From Candidatus Latescibacterota bacterium (lineage in GTDB: Bacteria; Latescibacterota; UBA2968; GCA-2709665), in the NCBI GenBank assembly GCA_965205485.1, contig OZ242180.1, positions 4,768,001 through 4,832,000 of the forward strand: a stretch of DNA of 64,000 nucleotides, given 5' to 3'. A program made the position numbers and the translations under genes. Under the pieces are notes generated by a model that was given only the letters and a program-made list of their open reading frames with translations, was not told the origin of the DNA and did no database searches. Below are positions 19,963 through 28,396 of this stretch, in pieces. How positions within the stretch are numbered: position 1 is the stretch's first letter; every line of letters starts with the position of its first letter.

Positions 19963-20197
19963 GCGAAGAAACGAGAATACGAAACGACGAGAATACGAAT
20001 AAACGAAAGGCAAAAAAGACGAGATTACGAGACGACGAAACGACGAAACTGCGAGAAGACGAAACTACGAGACTACGAGACTACGAAAAGACGAGACTAT
20101 GAAAAGACGAGTGATGTCCACGCTCTTTCGTAGTTTCGTACATTCGTAGTTTCGCAAAGCCAGAAGACGAACAGAAGAGAAACGAATAGACGAAACG
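19963..20197. repeat. Degenerate 8-bp tandem array (ACGA[G/A]NNN) with an internal inverted block
   Basis: 19 consecutive in-phase 8-mers at 19963-20114 (e.g. ACGAGACT, ACGAAACT, ACGAAAAG), 4 inverted units at 20124-20155, then 3-4 forward units to 20197. Confidence 0.9.
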
Positions 20198-20228
20198 TCC
20201 GTGGCTGGAATCAATTCAGGTTCCGCCT

Positions 20229-21914
20229 TCAGAACAGACCGACCGTGTGTCCGGCTTCATCATAATCGATCGCCTCGGCCGACGGCCTGCGCGGAAGCCC
20301 CGGCATTGTCATGACGTCTCCGGTATACACGACCACAAAACCTGCCCCGGCGGACACCCTCACGTCGCGGATGGGCACGTCGAAACCCCTCGGTCTGCCC
20401 TTCAATCCCGGATCCGTCGAGAGCGAATACTGGGTCTTGGCCATACAGACCGGAAGCCTACCGTGCCCCGCTTCCTCGAGCTTTGCGAACCGGGCTCTCA
20501 ACCGTTTGTCCCCCATAATATCGTCGGCGCCGTAGACTTCGCGGGCAACGATCCTGGCCTTGTCCCACAGGCGAAGACTGTCGGGATAGAGAAGCTTGAA
20601 ATCACGGGACGCCGTTTCCGCGGTTTCGACGACCGTTTCCGCAAGCGCCTCGGCGCCGGCCCCCCCTTTCGCCCAGTGTTCCGAAGGAACGATCGGCAGA
20701 TCCAGGTCGGCGCACCCGTCCCGTATCAGAGCGATCTCAGCGGGCGTATCGGAAAGAAAGCGGTTCACGGCCACGACCGCGGGCAGGCCGAAACGCCGGA
20801 TGTTTTCGATGTGCTTCCTCAGGTTAACGAGACCCTTTTCCAGCGCCGCCGGGTCGGCGTCCGACAGTCGCCTGAGGGAGGCGCCGCCATGGTACTTCAG
20901 CCCCCGGACGGTCGCCACGAGCACCACCACATCCGGACGGATACCGGCCTGCCTGCATTTGATATTCAGAAACTTCTCCGCGCCCAGGTCCGCGCCGAAT
21001 CCGGCTTCGGTTACGGTATACTCGGACAGACGCATCGCCAGCTTCGTCGCGATCACCGAATTGCATCCATGCGCGATATTGGCGAACGGGCCGCCGTGAA
21101 CGATGGCGGGATTGTTCTCCAGGGTCTGAACCAGATTCGGCTTTAATGCGTCTCTCAACAGAACGGACATCGCCCCGTGCACATTGAGGTCCGACGCCGT
21201 GACCGGTTCATTGGCTCGCGTATACGCCACGATGATCCGACCCAGCCGCTCCCGGAGCTCGTCAAGCGACTCGGACAGGCAGAAAATCGCCATCACTTCG
21301 GACGCGACCGTGATTTCAAATCCCGATTCACGAGGATAGGAGTTCCCCGTACCTCCCAGACCGACGACGACTTCACGAAGCGCGCGGTCGTTCATATCCA
21401 TCACGCGCTTCCAGAGTACGCGCCGGGGATCGATTTGCAGCCGGTTCCGGTGGTGGATGTGGTTGTCGATCGCGGCGGACAGCAGATTGTGAGCGACCCC
21501 GATGGCATGGATGTCGCCCGTAAAGTGCAGGTTGATGTCCTCCATCGGCGCCACCTGGGACATCCCCCCGCCCGCAGCGCCGCCCTTCATTCCAAAACAG
21601 GGACCCAGGGAAGGCTCCCTGAGACAGATTGCCGTGCGCTTGCCCAGCCGGTTCAGCGCATCGCCCAGGCCCACGGTCGTGGTTGTCTTGCCTTCGCCGG
21701 AAGGCGTGGGATTGATTGCCGAGACCAGCACCAGCTTGCCGGCGGGATTACCGGCAAGGCTGTCGTAGAAGTCCATCGAAACCTTGGCTTTGTGCCTGCC
21801 GTAGACTTCCAACTGGTCTTCCGGCACGCCCAATGTCTGCGCGACCTGACCGATATGGCGCAGACGCGCCCGCCTCGCGATCTCGATGTCCGGCAAACCG
21901 TCGTGTTCGCGCAT
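20229..21914 (-). CDS. fhs: Formate--tetrahydrofolate ligase
   Basis: [60 protein letters not shown] and MTMPGLP motifs. Confidence 0.97.
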   Translation of the reverse strand: MREHDGLPDIEIARRARLRHIGQVAQTLGVPEDQLEVYGRHKAKVSMDFYDSLAGNPAGKLVLVSAINPTPSGEGKTTTTVGLGDALNRLGKRTAICLREPSLGPCFGMKGGAAGGGMSQVAPMEDINLHFTGDIHAIGVAHNLLSAAIDNHIHHRNRLQIDPRRVLWKRVMDMNDRALREVVVGLGGTGNSYPRESGFEITVASEVMAIFCLSESLDELRERLGRIIVAYTRANEPVTASDLNVHGAMSVLLRDALKPNLVQTLENNPAIVHGGPFANIAHGCNSVIATKLAMRLSEYTVTEAGFGADLGAEKFLNIKCRQAGIRPDVVVLVATVRGLKYHGGASLRRLSDADPAALEKGLVNLRKHIENIRRFGLPAVVAVNRFLSDTPAEIALIRDGCADLDLPIVPSEHWAKGGAGAEALAETVVETAETASRDFKLLYPDSLRLWDKARIVAREVYGADDIMGDKRLRARFAKLEEAGHGRLPVCMAKTQYSLSTDPGLKGRPRGFDVPIRDVRVSAGAGFVVVYTGDVMTMPGLPRRPSAEAIDYDEAGHTVGLF

Positions 21915-21923
21915 GAAACCTTT

Positions 21924-23318
21924 CTAGCCGCCCGCCTGCGCTTCGTCGATTTCCGCCTGAACGAGTTCGTCTGCATCCGCCGTCTCGTTCTGAATGGACA
22001 CGTGATCCAGGCCCGCAAGTTCTATTCGACCCGGTATGCGCAAAACGCCAAGCTTTTTGAGGATCCCACCCAGGACGTAGCAGGGAAGAAAGCCCAGCAC
22101 GAAAAACATAATGACGGCTCCGAGCGTCTGTCCCCACGGCGTAATCGGAGCGTACTCGGGATTGGCGGCGGGGTAACCCCAGAGTACGAATCCCGCGACA
22201 ATCACCCCGATAACCCCGGCATAGCCATGTACCGCCACGGCGCCCACCGCATCGTCGATCCTGAATCTCTTCTCGACCCAATTGTGCAATTTGTACATGC
22301 AGAACGTGCCGAATGCGCCGATGAGCAGCGCCTGCATCGGATGGTACAGGTCGTTGCCGGCCGATGCCGTGATGATGCCGGCAAGTCCGCCCGAGAAGGT
22401 CCAGTACGGATCGCCTTTGGACACGAAATAGCCCATGATTAATCCACCGGCGAGCGACATCAGAAAGTTGAACGTGATGGCGCTGAGCGTCGTGGGCGTC
22501 AGGTAAATCGTGGTGGCGGAAAAGAACGCGCGGTCGCCGGCGGGATCCACGTCCATGATGGGCACGTTACAGGCAGCGTAGAAGCCCCAGAACCCCGTAT
22601 AGATCAGAAACAGACCGATAATGACCAGCCAGGTGTTTTGCGGCGGGAAGTTTCTGGGAGAACCGTCGGACCTGAATCTGCCGATCCGCGGTCCCAGGTG
22701 ATAGAGGATCGCCAGCGCGGACCCGCCGCTGATCGCGTGGATCACACCGGAGGCGTATGCGTCGTGGTATCCCAGTACCTGAACCATCCAGCCGTCGGCG
22801 GACCAGCCCCACGCCGCGTCGATCACCCAGGTAACCGATCCTACCAGCACGGCGAAAATCCAGAACGCGGCGGATCGGATGCGTTCGATGACCGCACCCG
22901 AAAGAATCGACCCCGCCGTCCATGAGAACAGCAGAAACGCCGCCCAGAACACGCCGTTCAGCCGCGCCCATAGCGCGGTGTCGTCTCCGGTCAGCCCGCC
23001 GCCGTGCGGCTTGCCACCCATATGCGTCCCCATCAGCTCATTCCAGGGCGTCGCCCACGCGGCTTCGATCAGCCCACCCGTGATCCCGGGTCCGTTCTGA
23101 ACGGCGAAATAGATCCACCACCCGAAGAAATAGAACGTGATGGTGACCAGAGGAATCAACATCGCGTTCTTCATGAGGGTGTGCATCATATTCTTCCTCC
23201 TGGACACGCCGACTTCGTACAGACAGAAGCCGACGTGGATGAGGAACATGAGCACGATACATATCCAGTAATAGAACTCCGTAAACACGACGGTCAATGC
23301 GCTGAGTTCGTTGTCCAT
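21924..23318 (-). CDS. amt: Ammonium/methylammonium transporter (Amt family, divergent clade)
   Basis: About 11 TM segments, SGAVIERI, twin-His motifs (SGVIH; DDAVGAVAVHG) and LGPRIGRF. Confidence 0.9.
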   Translation of the reverse strand: MDNELSALTVVFTEFYYWICIVLMFLIHVGFCLYEVGVSRRKNMMHTLMKNAMLIPLVTITFYFFGWWIYFAVQNGPGITGGLIEAAWATPWNELMGTHMGGKPHGGGLTGDDTALWARLNGVFWAAFLLFSWTAGSILSGAVIERIRSAAFWIFAVLVGSVTWVIDAAWGWSADGWMVQVLGYHDAYASGVIHAISGGSALAILYHLGPRIGRFRSDGSPRNFPPQNTWLVIIGLFLIYTGFWGFYAACNVPIMDVDPAGDRAFFSATTIYLTPTTLSAITFNFLMSLAGGLIMGYFVSKGDPYWTFSGGLAGIITASAGNDLYHPMQALLIGAFGTFCMYKLHNWVEKRFRIDDAVGAVAVHGYAGVIGVIVAGFVLWGYPAANPEYAPITPWGQTLGAVIMFFVLGFLPCYVLGGILKKLGVLRIPGRIELAGLDHVSIQNETADADELVQAEIDEAQAGG

Positions 23319-23382
23319 CTAATCCCTCCGAATTGAGCGATAAGAATGCCCGACGCCCGCGACAGGCGCAATTCAGATCTTA

Positions 23383-23544
23383 GAAGCTGTGTTAAAATTC
23401 CCAGCGGTCTTCGCGCGGCTGCAAAAGCGCCGGTCGGCGTTGGTCAAACCCGCCCGTATAGACAAATATGCGCGGATTTTCCCGCCTTGACCGCCACTTT
23501 TTCGCTCGCGCTCGGGAACTGACCGGTAATTTTAACACAGCTTC
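23383..23544. mobile_element. MITE (family B, copy 2)
   Basis: TIRs GAAGCTGTGTTAAAATT / AATTTTAACACAGCTTC with TTA/TGA flanks. About 75 bp at the left and 45 bp at the right are near-identical to 3513-3722; the middle differs. Confidence 0.85.
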
Positions 23545-24032
23545 TGAGCCGTCCCGTCCGACATCCTGCGGTACTTTCCCTGGTAAAACAGGAGCGGACG
23601 ACCTGAACCCGCGTCGCCCGCTACGATTTCACCCACGAAAATATCGTGGTCGCCGGCCCTCAAGACGTCGGCCAGCATACATTCCACGTGGCCCAGTGCG
23701 TCCGTGAGGATGGGCGCGCCGGTCCGGATCGTCGTTGTGGCCACGTTTGTAAAGTCCTTTGGACCCGGTCTGGCAAACTGCGTTGAAACCGCTTCCTGAT
23801 CCTCGCTGAGGATATTCAATGCGAAATACCGGCTTTCCGTCAAATGGGCGTGCATCTGCGCCCCTTTGTCCACGGATACCATGACCAGCGGGGGCTCCAG
23901 CGAAAGCGAGGTCACGGCATTGGCCGTCATTCCCCTGTATTCGCCGCCTGCAACGGTCGTGACAACGGTGACGCCGGTTGCAAAACAACCCATAATCCGA
24001 CGTTGCTCCATCGGGTCGAAGGCCATTCCCAT
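23532..24032 (-). CDS. Flavin reductase (HpaC/RutF-like) family protein
   Basis: R..MG.FATGVTVVT, GMTANAVTSLSLEPPLV, GDHDIFVGEI and PLLFY.G.Y motifs. The last codons and stop lie inside the MITE TIR. Confidence 0.93.
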   Translation of the reverse strand: MGMAFDPMEQRRIMGCFATGVTVVTTVAGGEYRGMTANAVTSLSLEPPLVMVSVDKGAQMHAHLTESRYFALNILSEDQEAVSTQFARPGPKDFTNVATTTIRTGAPILTDALGHVECMLADVLRAGDHDIFVGEIVAGDAGSGRPLLFYQGKYRRMSDGTAQKLC

Positions 24033-24130
24033 TCCCTCTCAACGAGTGCGCCGTCCGCCACGAAACTTCCCCTCCCGTCCAGGCGGTTCCGCGCCGGCCG
24101 GGGAAGCATTGCCGGCCCCGGAAGCTGTAA

Positions 24131-26467
24131 TCAGGAACGAAGCCGCGTTTTGTCCGGATCGTAAAACGGAAACCGCACCACCCGCGCGGAAATGCGCTTC
24201 TGATGGCCGTCCAGCCTTCCCACCTCGACTTCCACTCCGATCGCGGCGTACCCGGTCGCGATCCGGCAGAGCGCGATGTTCCTGCCCAGAATCGGTGAGC
24301 GGGCGCCGCTGGTGATCACGCCAACGCGGCCGCGCCCGTCGTAGACGTCGTCGCCGGAGGCGACCGGTTCATTCCCGGATACCTCCAGCCCCACCAGCAC
24401 GCGTTGTGGATGCGACCGCCTTCGGATCAGCGCTTCTTTGCCGATAAAGTCGTCTTTCTTGCGCCTGAGCGGAACCGTGAAGCCGATCCCCGCCTCGAAC
24501 GGGTCCGTCTGATCGTCGAACTCACAGCCCGCGAAAACCAGACCGGCGTCGATTCGCAGCATGTCCAGGGCTTCCAGCCCCAGTGGTGTCAGGCCGTACC
24601 CCTGTCCCGCTTCCCAGATGGCGTCCCAGACCGGGTTCGCGTCGTTGGGATGGCACCATACCTCGTAACCCAGTTCACCCGTGTAGCCGGTCCGCGAGAC
24701 GACGACCGCCGGACCGTTTCCATCGCCGATTCGGCCCACCGTGAACCGGAACCAGCCCAATTCGGCCAGAGACGGGCGCGAAGGAGGGGTCCAGATGACG
24801 TCGCGAAGGATATCCCGGCTTCGGGGACCCTGAACGGCAAGATTATGGAGTTGATCGGTCGAGTTTCTGACCCACACCCGCAACCCGAGTCGACCCGCCT
24901 GTTCGCGCAGCCATTTGCCCCCGTAGTCGTCGCCGCAGATCCACCGGAAATTTTCGGGGCCCAGCCGGAACAGCGTGCCGTCGTCCAGCATGCCGCCGGT
25001 TTCGTAACACATCGCGGAATAAGTCACCTGGCCCGGAGAAAGCCGGCGAACGTCTCGCGTGAGCGTGTGCTGCAGGAGCGACTCGGCGTCCGGACCCAGG
25101 ACCTCGAACTTGCGAAGCGCGGACAGGTCCATCACCGCCGCCGCCTCGCGGCATGCGAAATACTCCTCGACGGCGCCCCTGCCGGTGTAGCACGAGGGCA
25201 GCCAGAACCCGCGATAGTCCTCGAAATGGCGGGTCAGGGCGGACGTGCGCGGGTGAAAAGCCGTCTCCCTGGTCAACCTGGGCTCGGCGTCTGCCGTCAT
25301 CCGGTGAGCAATCCCTGTGGAAAACCGGTACCGTTCAGGGTAGATGCGGACGTGAATCTCCGTTGGCTCCCAGCCGTTGGCCGGATCAATATCGTCCGGG
25401 CACGCGGACGACAGACACACAAGGTCCGTCGAGGCCTTCAACAGGACGTAGTCGCCCGGACGAGACCATGGCTCGTCCATGAACAGGACGTTATTCCCGT
25501 CGATTCTCGTATTGTAAAAGAAATTCACGGCCGGCCAGCCGCGCCGCGGGTGAATCGTATACGGGTCCAGTGCCGCGTTGAAGTTGTCCGTACAGTTGAC
25601 GTGACCCGGATAACCCATATCCTCGTAATATTTGGCGGTGCACGCAAGCGCAAACGTATCGTGCCGACCTACCGTATCCCGAACGACCTCGACCAGCGGC
25701 TGCATATCCTGGTCGTAAAACTTCGAATAGAGGCCCGGACCGGGATAGGCCGTGCCCATGAGGGTCCGCGTGGTGGTCGCATCCAGGCCACGCTCAACGC
25801 CACGCTGCAGTTGCCGGGCGTCGAACGCCAGAAAATCGGAACACTGGCGCCCGGCGACGTCGATCACCTGGATGAATTCTCCGGCTTTGACCTCAAAGGC
25901 GACGGCCGACGCCCTTTCCACCTCCAGATCCAGGCGCATGTCCCCCAGAGGCGCGGGCAGCGGGGGGCGTTCCGGCGTTTCCGCACTCGAGCGCCTGACC
26001 ACGACTTCCAGGTCCGTGGGTGGATCCTGGGCATCCACCCGCATCGGTCCGCCGGGCGCCGCAATCACGCAGACGGCGTCCCGATGCACGTCGAAGCGCG
26101 CTTCGGCGCCCGCTTCCGACGCTTCGCCGAAGACCTGCACCGCCCGCGCGCCACCCAGGTTGACGCCCCTGCGCCGCAGGGCCGCGTCGGCCGCCCGCGC
26201 GCTTTCATCCCCGCGCCGAAGCGCCTCCGCGAAACCTTCCATCGCACCGTCAGCTCGGAGACCCAGCCTGGCGGGATCGGCCCCGCCGTCAGGACCGAAT
26301 ACGCCCAGCTCGCAACGCTGGCGCCCCTCCACGTCCACGACCGCCAGCCGGTCGCCCTGCGACACCACCAAGGCGATCGCCCCGCCGCCCGGCACCCGGT
26401 AACGCTCCCTGCCCGGCGTCCATCTCAGCAGTCCCGTACCGGCCATTTGGACGTCTTCAGGCATCAC
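24131..26467 (-). CDS. tdm: Trimethylamine N-oxide demethylase (DUF1989 + GcvT-type THF-binding domain)
   Basis: 778 aa. DUF1989 region with F-x3-C-x12-H-x2-C-x25-Y-x15-W-x21-C spacing, which matches my recollection of the Zn/Fe/substrate residues of characterised Tdm. C-terminal GcvT motifs DLSALRKF, SRTGYTGELGYE and PFYDP. Confidence 0.88.
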   Translation of the reverse strand: MMPEDVQMAGTGLLRWTPGRERYRVPGGGAIALVVSQGDRLAVVDVEGRQRCELGVFGPDGGADPARLGLRADGAMEGFAEALRRGDESARAADAALRRRGVNLGGARAVQVFGEASEAGAEARFDVHRDAVCVIAAPGGPMRVDAQDPPTDLEVVVRRSSAETPERPPLPAPLGDMRLDLEVERASAVAFEVKAGEFIQVIDVAGRQCSDFLAFDARQLQRGVERGLDATTTRTLMGTAYPGPGLYSKFYDQDMQPLVEVVRDTVGRHDTFALACTAKYYEDMGYPGHVNCTDNFNAALDPYTIHPRRGWPAVNFFYNTRIDGNNVLFMDEPWSRPGDYVLLKASTDLVCLSSACPDDIDPANGWEPTEIHVRIYPERYRFSTGIAHRMTADAEPRLTRETAFHPRTSALTRHFEDYRGFWLPSCYTGRGAVEEYFACREAAAVMDLSALRKFEVLGPDAESLLQHTLTRDVRRLSPGQVTYSAMCYETGGMLDDGTLFRLGPENFRWICGDDYGGKWLREQAGRLGLRVWVRNSTDQLHNLAVQGPRSRDILRDVIWTPPSRPSLAELGWFRFTVGRIGDGNGPAVVVSRTGYTGELGYEVWCHPNDANPVWDAIWEAGQGYGLTPLGLEALDMLRIDAGLVFAGCEFDDQTDPFEAGIGFTVPLRRKKDDFIGKEALIRRRSHPQRVLVGLEVSGNEPVASGDDVYDGRGRVGVITSGARSPILGRNIALCRIATGYAAIGVEVEVGRLDGHQKRISARVVRFPFYDPDKTRLRS

Positions 26468-27858
26468 CCCTCGTCGGTTTCGGCCAGAAGCTCACGGGCG
26501 AGTTCCTTCTTGCTCCCGCCATCCATTTTCTTGAGTTCGTTTCTCAATAGCCGCTCGTTTACGGACTGGTTCCAGTAATCCAACGAGTCGAACCCAAGCA
26601 GCACGCTCTTGCCCACAAATTGGCGCAGGACCTCATTCGTGGGGCCCATCACCCAACCGGCCTTGCCGTCGCGCAGATACCGTTCGATTCCCAGGTCGGG
26701 CTTGTAACCCGTCCCCCCACAGGCATGCAGCATCTTGTCGGAGACGTTCGCCACGTTCTTCGCCGCCGTGAACTTCACCTGCCACATCCAGTGCAGCACG
26801 TCCGCCCTTGGCATACGGGAGAGATCCTCGTGGATCGACCAGTCGCACTGATTCGTAACGTCGTCCATCGCCCGGGCCATCAGGTAGACGAAGGACCGTG
26901 AGGTGTTCGTATCGATCACGGCCTCGCCCACGTAATCCTGGATGGTCGGATAGTCAGCAACCCGCATGCCCACGTCAGCGTGCCGCCTGGCGGTGGTGTG
27001 CCGCCTGGCGATATCGATCATACCCAGTGAAATTCCGTTCCAGCAGGCCGATGAGCACAACAGGAAAAACGGATCCACCGTCTCGTCGTTCGAATTCGCC
27101 CCGTCGCCCACGGGACCCACCAGCCTGCTTTCCGGCATCGTGACGTTGTCCACCTCCAGCGTGCCGGACTGATTCCCGCGCAGACCCAGGCCGTCCCAAA
27201 GGGACGGCTCCGCCTTCACCTCGTCGGCCATGACGAGAAAACAGGACAGATTCGAATAGTCACCGCCGAAATCAGGGCTTGTTGTCTGCACGATGTACCA
27301 GTCGGCAAAACCCGCGGACGTCGTCCACGACGCCTTCTTTCGCACCTTCCAGCCGCCATCCACCCGCTCCGCTCCCGACGATATCGGATACCAGAAATGT
27401 GAACCCGTTTCGGGATCCGAATAGGACAGCGTGCCCACCAGTACGTCTTTGTCGAGGCGTTTCATGAGGTCCTGAAGCGTCGTGTTGTCGTGCGCCCGGA
27501 ACATGGCGGCTGCGACAGCCCCGACGTGCATGGTATAACACATCGCCGTACTTGCGCAGCCGTAACGCGCGATCGTCTCCACCACCATCGCCGTACACGT
27601 ATGGTTCTCACCCAGTCCTCCCCATTCGCGGGGTACGTTCAGCCCTAGCAGGCCCAGAGAAGCCAGCGCCTCGAAGTTCTTCCGTGGAAACACGAGCTCG
27701 CGATCGCTCTCAACCGCATTGTCCCGCAGCGTCGTCCGGCACAGGTCGATCAGCTTCTCCTGGAGCGCCTCCTGTTCGTTCGTCAATACCCACTGGGGGT
27801 CCCAGTCGTAGTCGAGACCCCAGAACGCATCCGGACCCCACATCTTCGACTTGCTCAT
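26464..27858 (-). CDS. Acyl-CoA dehydrogenase-fold flavoprotein, candidate monooxygenase component
   Basis: ACAD motifs LGLLGL.VP.EWGGLG, SDPETGS, K.SWTT, WDGLGLRGNQS and HACGGTGY...ERYLRD. GGAGG RBS before ATG 27858. Stop overlaps the tdm start (GTGA). Confidence 0.88.
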   Translation of the reverse strand: MSKSKMWGPDAFWGLDYDWDPQWVLTNEQEALQEKLIDLCRTTLRDNAVESDRELVFPRKNFEALASLGLLGLNVPREWGGLGENHTCTAMVVETIARYGCASTAMCYTMHVGAVAAAMFRAHDNTTLQDLMKRLDKDVLVGTLSYSDPETGSHFWYPISSGAERVDGGWKVRKKASWTTSAGFADWYIVQTTSPDFGGDYSNLSCFLVMADEVKAEPSLWDGLGLRGNQSGTLEVDNVTMPESRLVGPVGDGANSNDETVDPFFLLCSSACWNGISLGMIDIARRHTTARRHADVGMRVADYPTIQDYVGEAVIDTNTSRSFVYLMARAMDDVTNQCDWSIHEDLSRMPRADVLHWMWQVKFTAAKNVANVSDKMLHACGGTGYKPDLGIERYLRDGKAGWVMGPTNEVLRQFVGKSVLLGFDSLDYWNQSVNERLLRNELKKMDGGSKKELARELLAETDEG

Positions 27859-27906
27859 AACGCCTCCAGGCTGTTTGGTACGCCGGGTTTGCAACCCGGC
27901 CATGCG

Positions 27907-28314
27907 CTATCCGCCTTCGCCTTCGAGCTTGATTCCGTACGCGTCGCCAAGCTCCATGACGGGATGTTTTTCGGACATCTGGAACTTGACGAGCAGTTCG
28001 CGCGCAATCATGTCGCGCTCCTGCTGGTTGTCGGGCAGCGCCATATCTTCGGGCACCAGCACCCAGCCGTTGATGTTCCGGTCGAATACGGCGGGCTTCC
28101 CATCTTCGTATCCCATATGCACATCTTCCAGCCAGTTCAGGTCCCGCCACCCCATCGCCTCCATGTATCGCTTCAGGAGCGGCGTCAGCAGCGTATAGTC
28201 CGGCGGAAGGTTCACGTCGTACCGATATCCGATGTGCTGACCGATCTCCTTCTCGCGGTCCGAGTCAAGCCCCGTGGACTTCAGGTAGTAATTCACGTCT
28301 CTGGCTTCGTCCAT
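27907..28314 (-). CDS. Hypothetical protein (135 aa, acidic and aromatic-rich)
   Basis: AGGAG RBS and GC3-rich codons. Lies co-oriented between the mgsC-like and ACAD-fold genes. No family recognised. Confidence 0.75.
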   Translation of the reverse strand: MDEARDVNYYLKSTGLDSDREKEIGQHIGYRYDVNLPPDYTLLTPLLKRYMEAMGWRDLNWLEDVHMGYEDGKPAVFDRNINGWVLVPEDMALPDNQQERDMIARELLVKFQMSEKHPVMELGDAYGIKLEGEGG

Positions 28315-28396
28315 CGGATTCTCCTGATTCAGTATCCCGGAAAGTGGAGCGCAAGACCGGCGGTGTGCGTTGTGGTCTTCTTCCTTCTTCCGTCGT

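Noticed and set aside
19963..20197. Repeat array considered as a CRISPR or a coding repeat
   Set aside because: The units are 8 bp with no unique spacers, there are no cas genes, and no credible ORF spans it.
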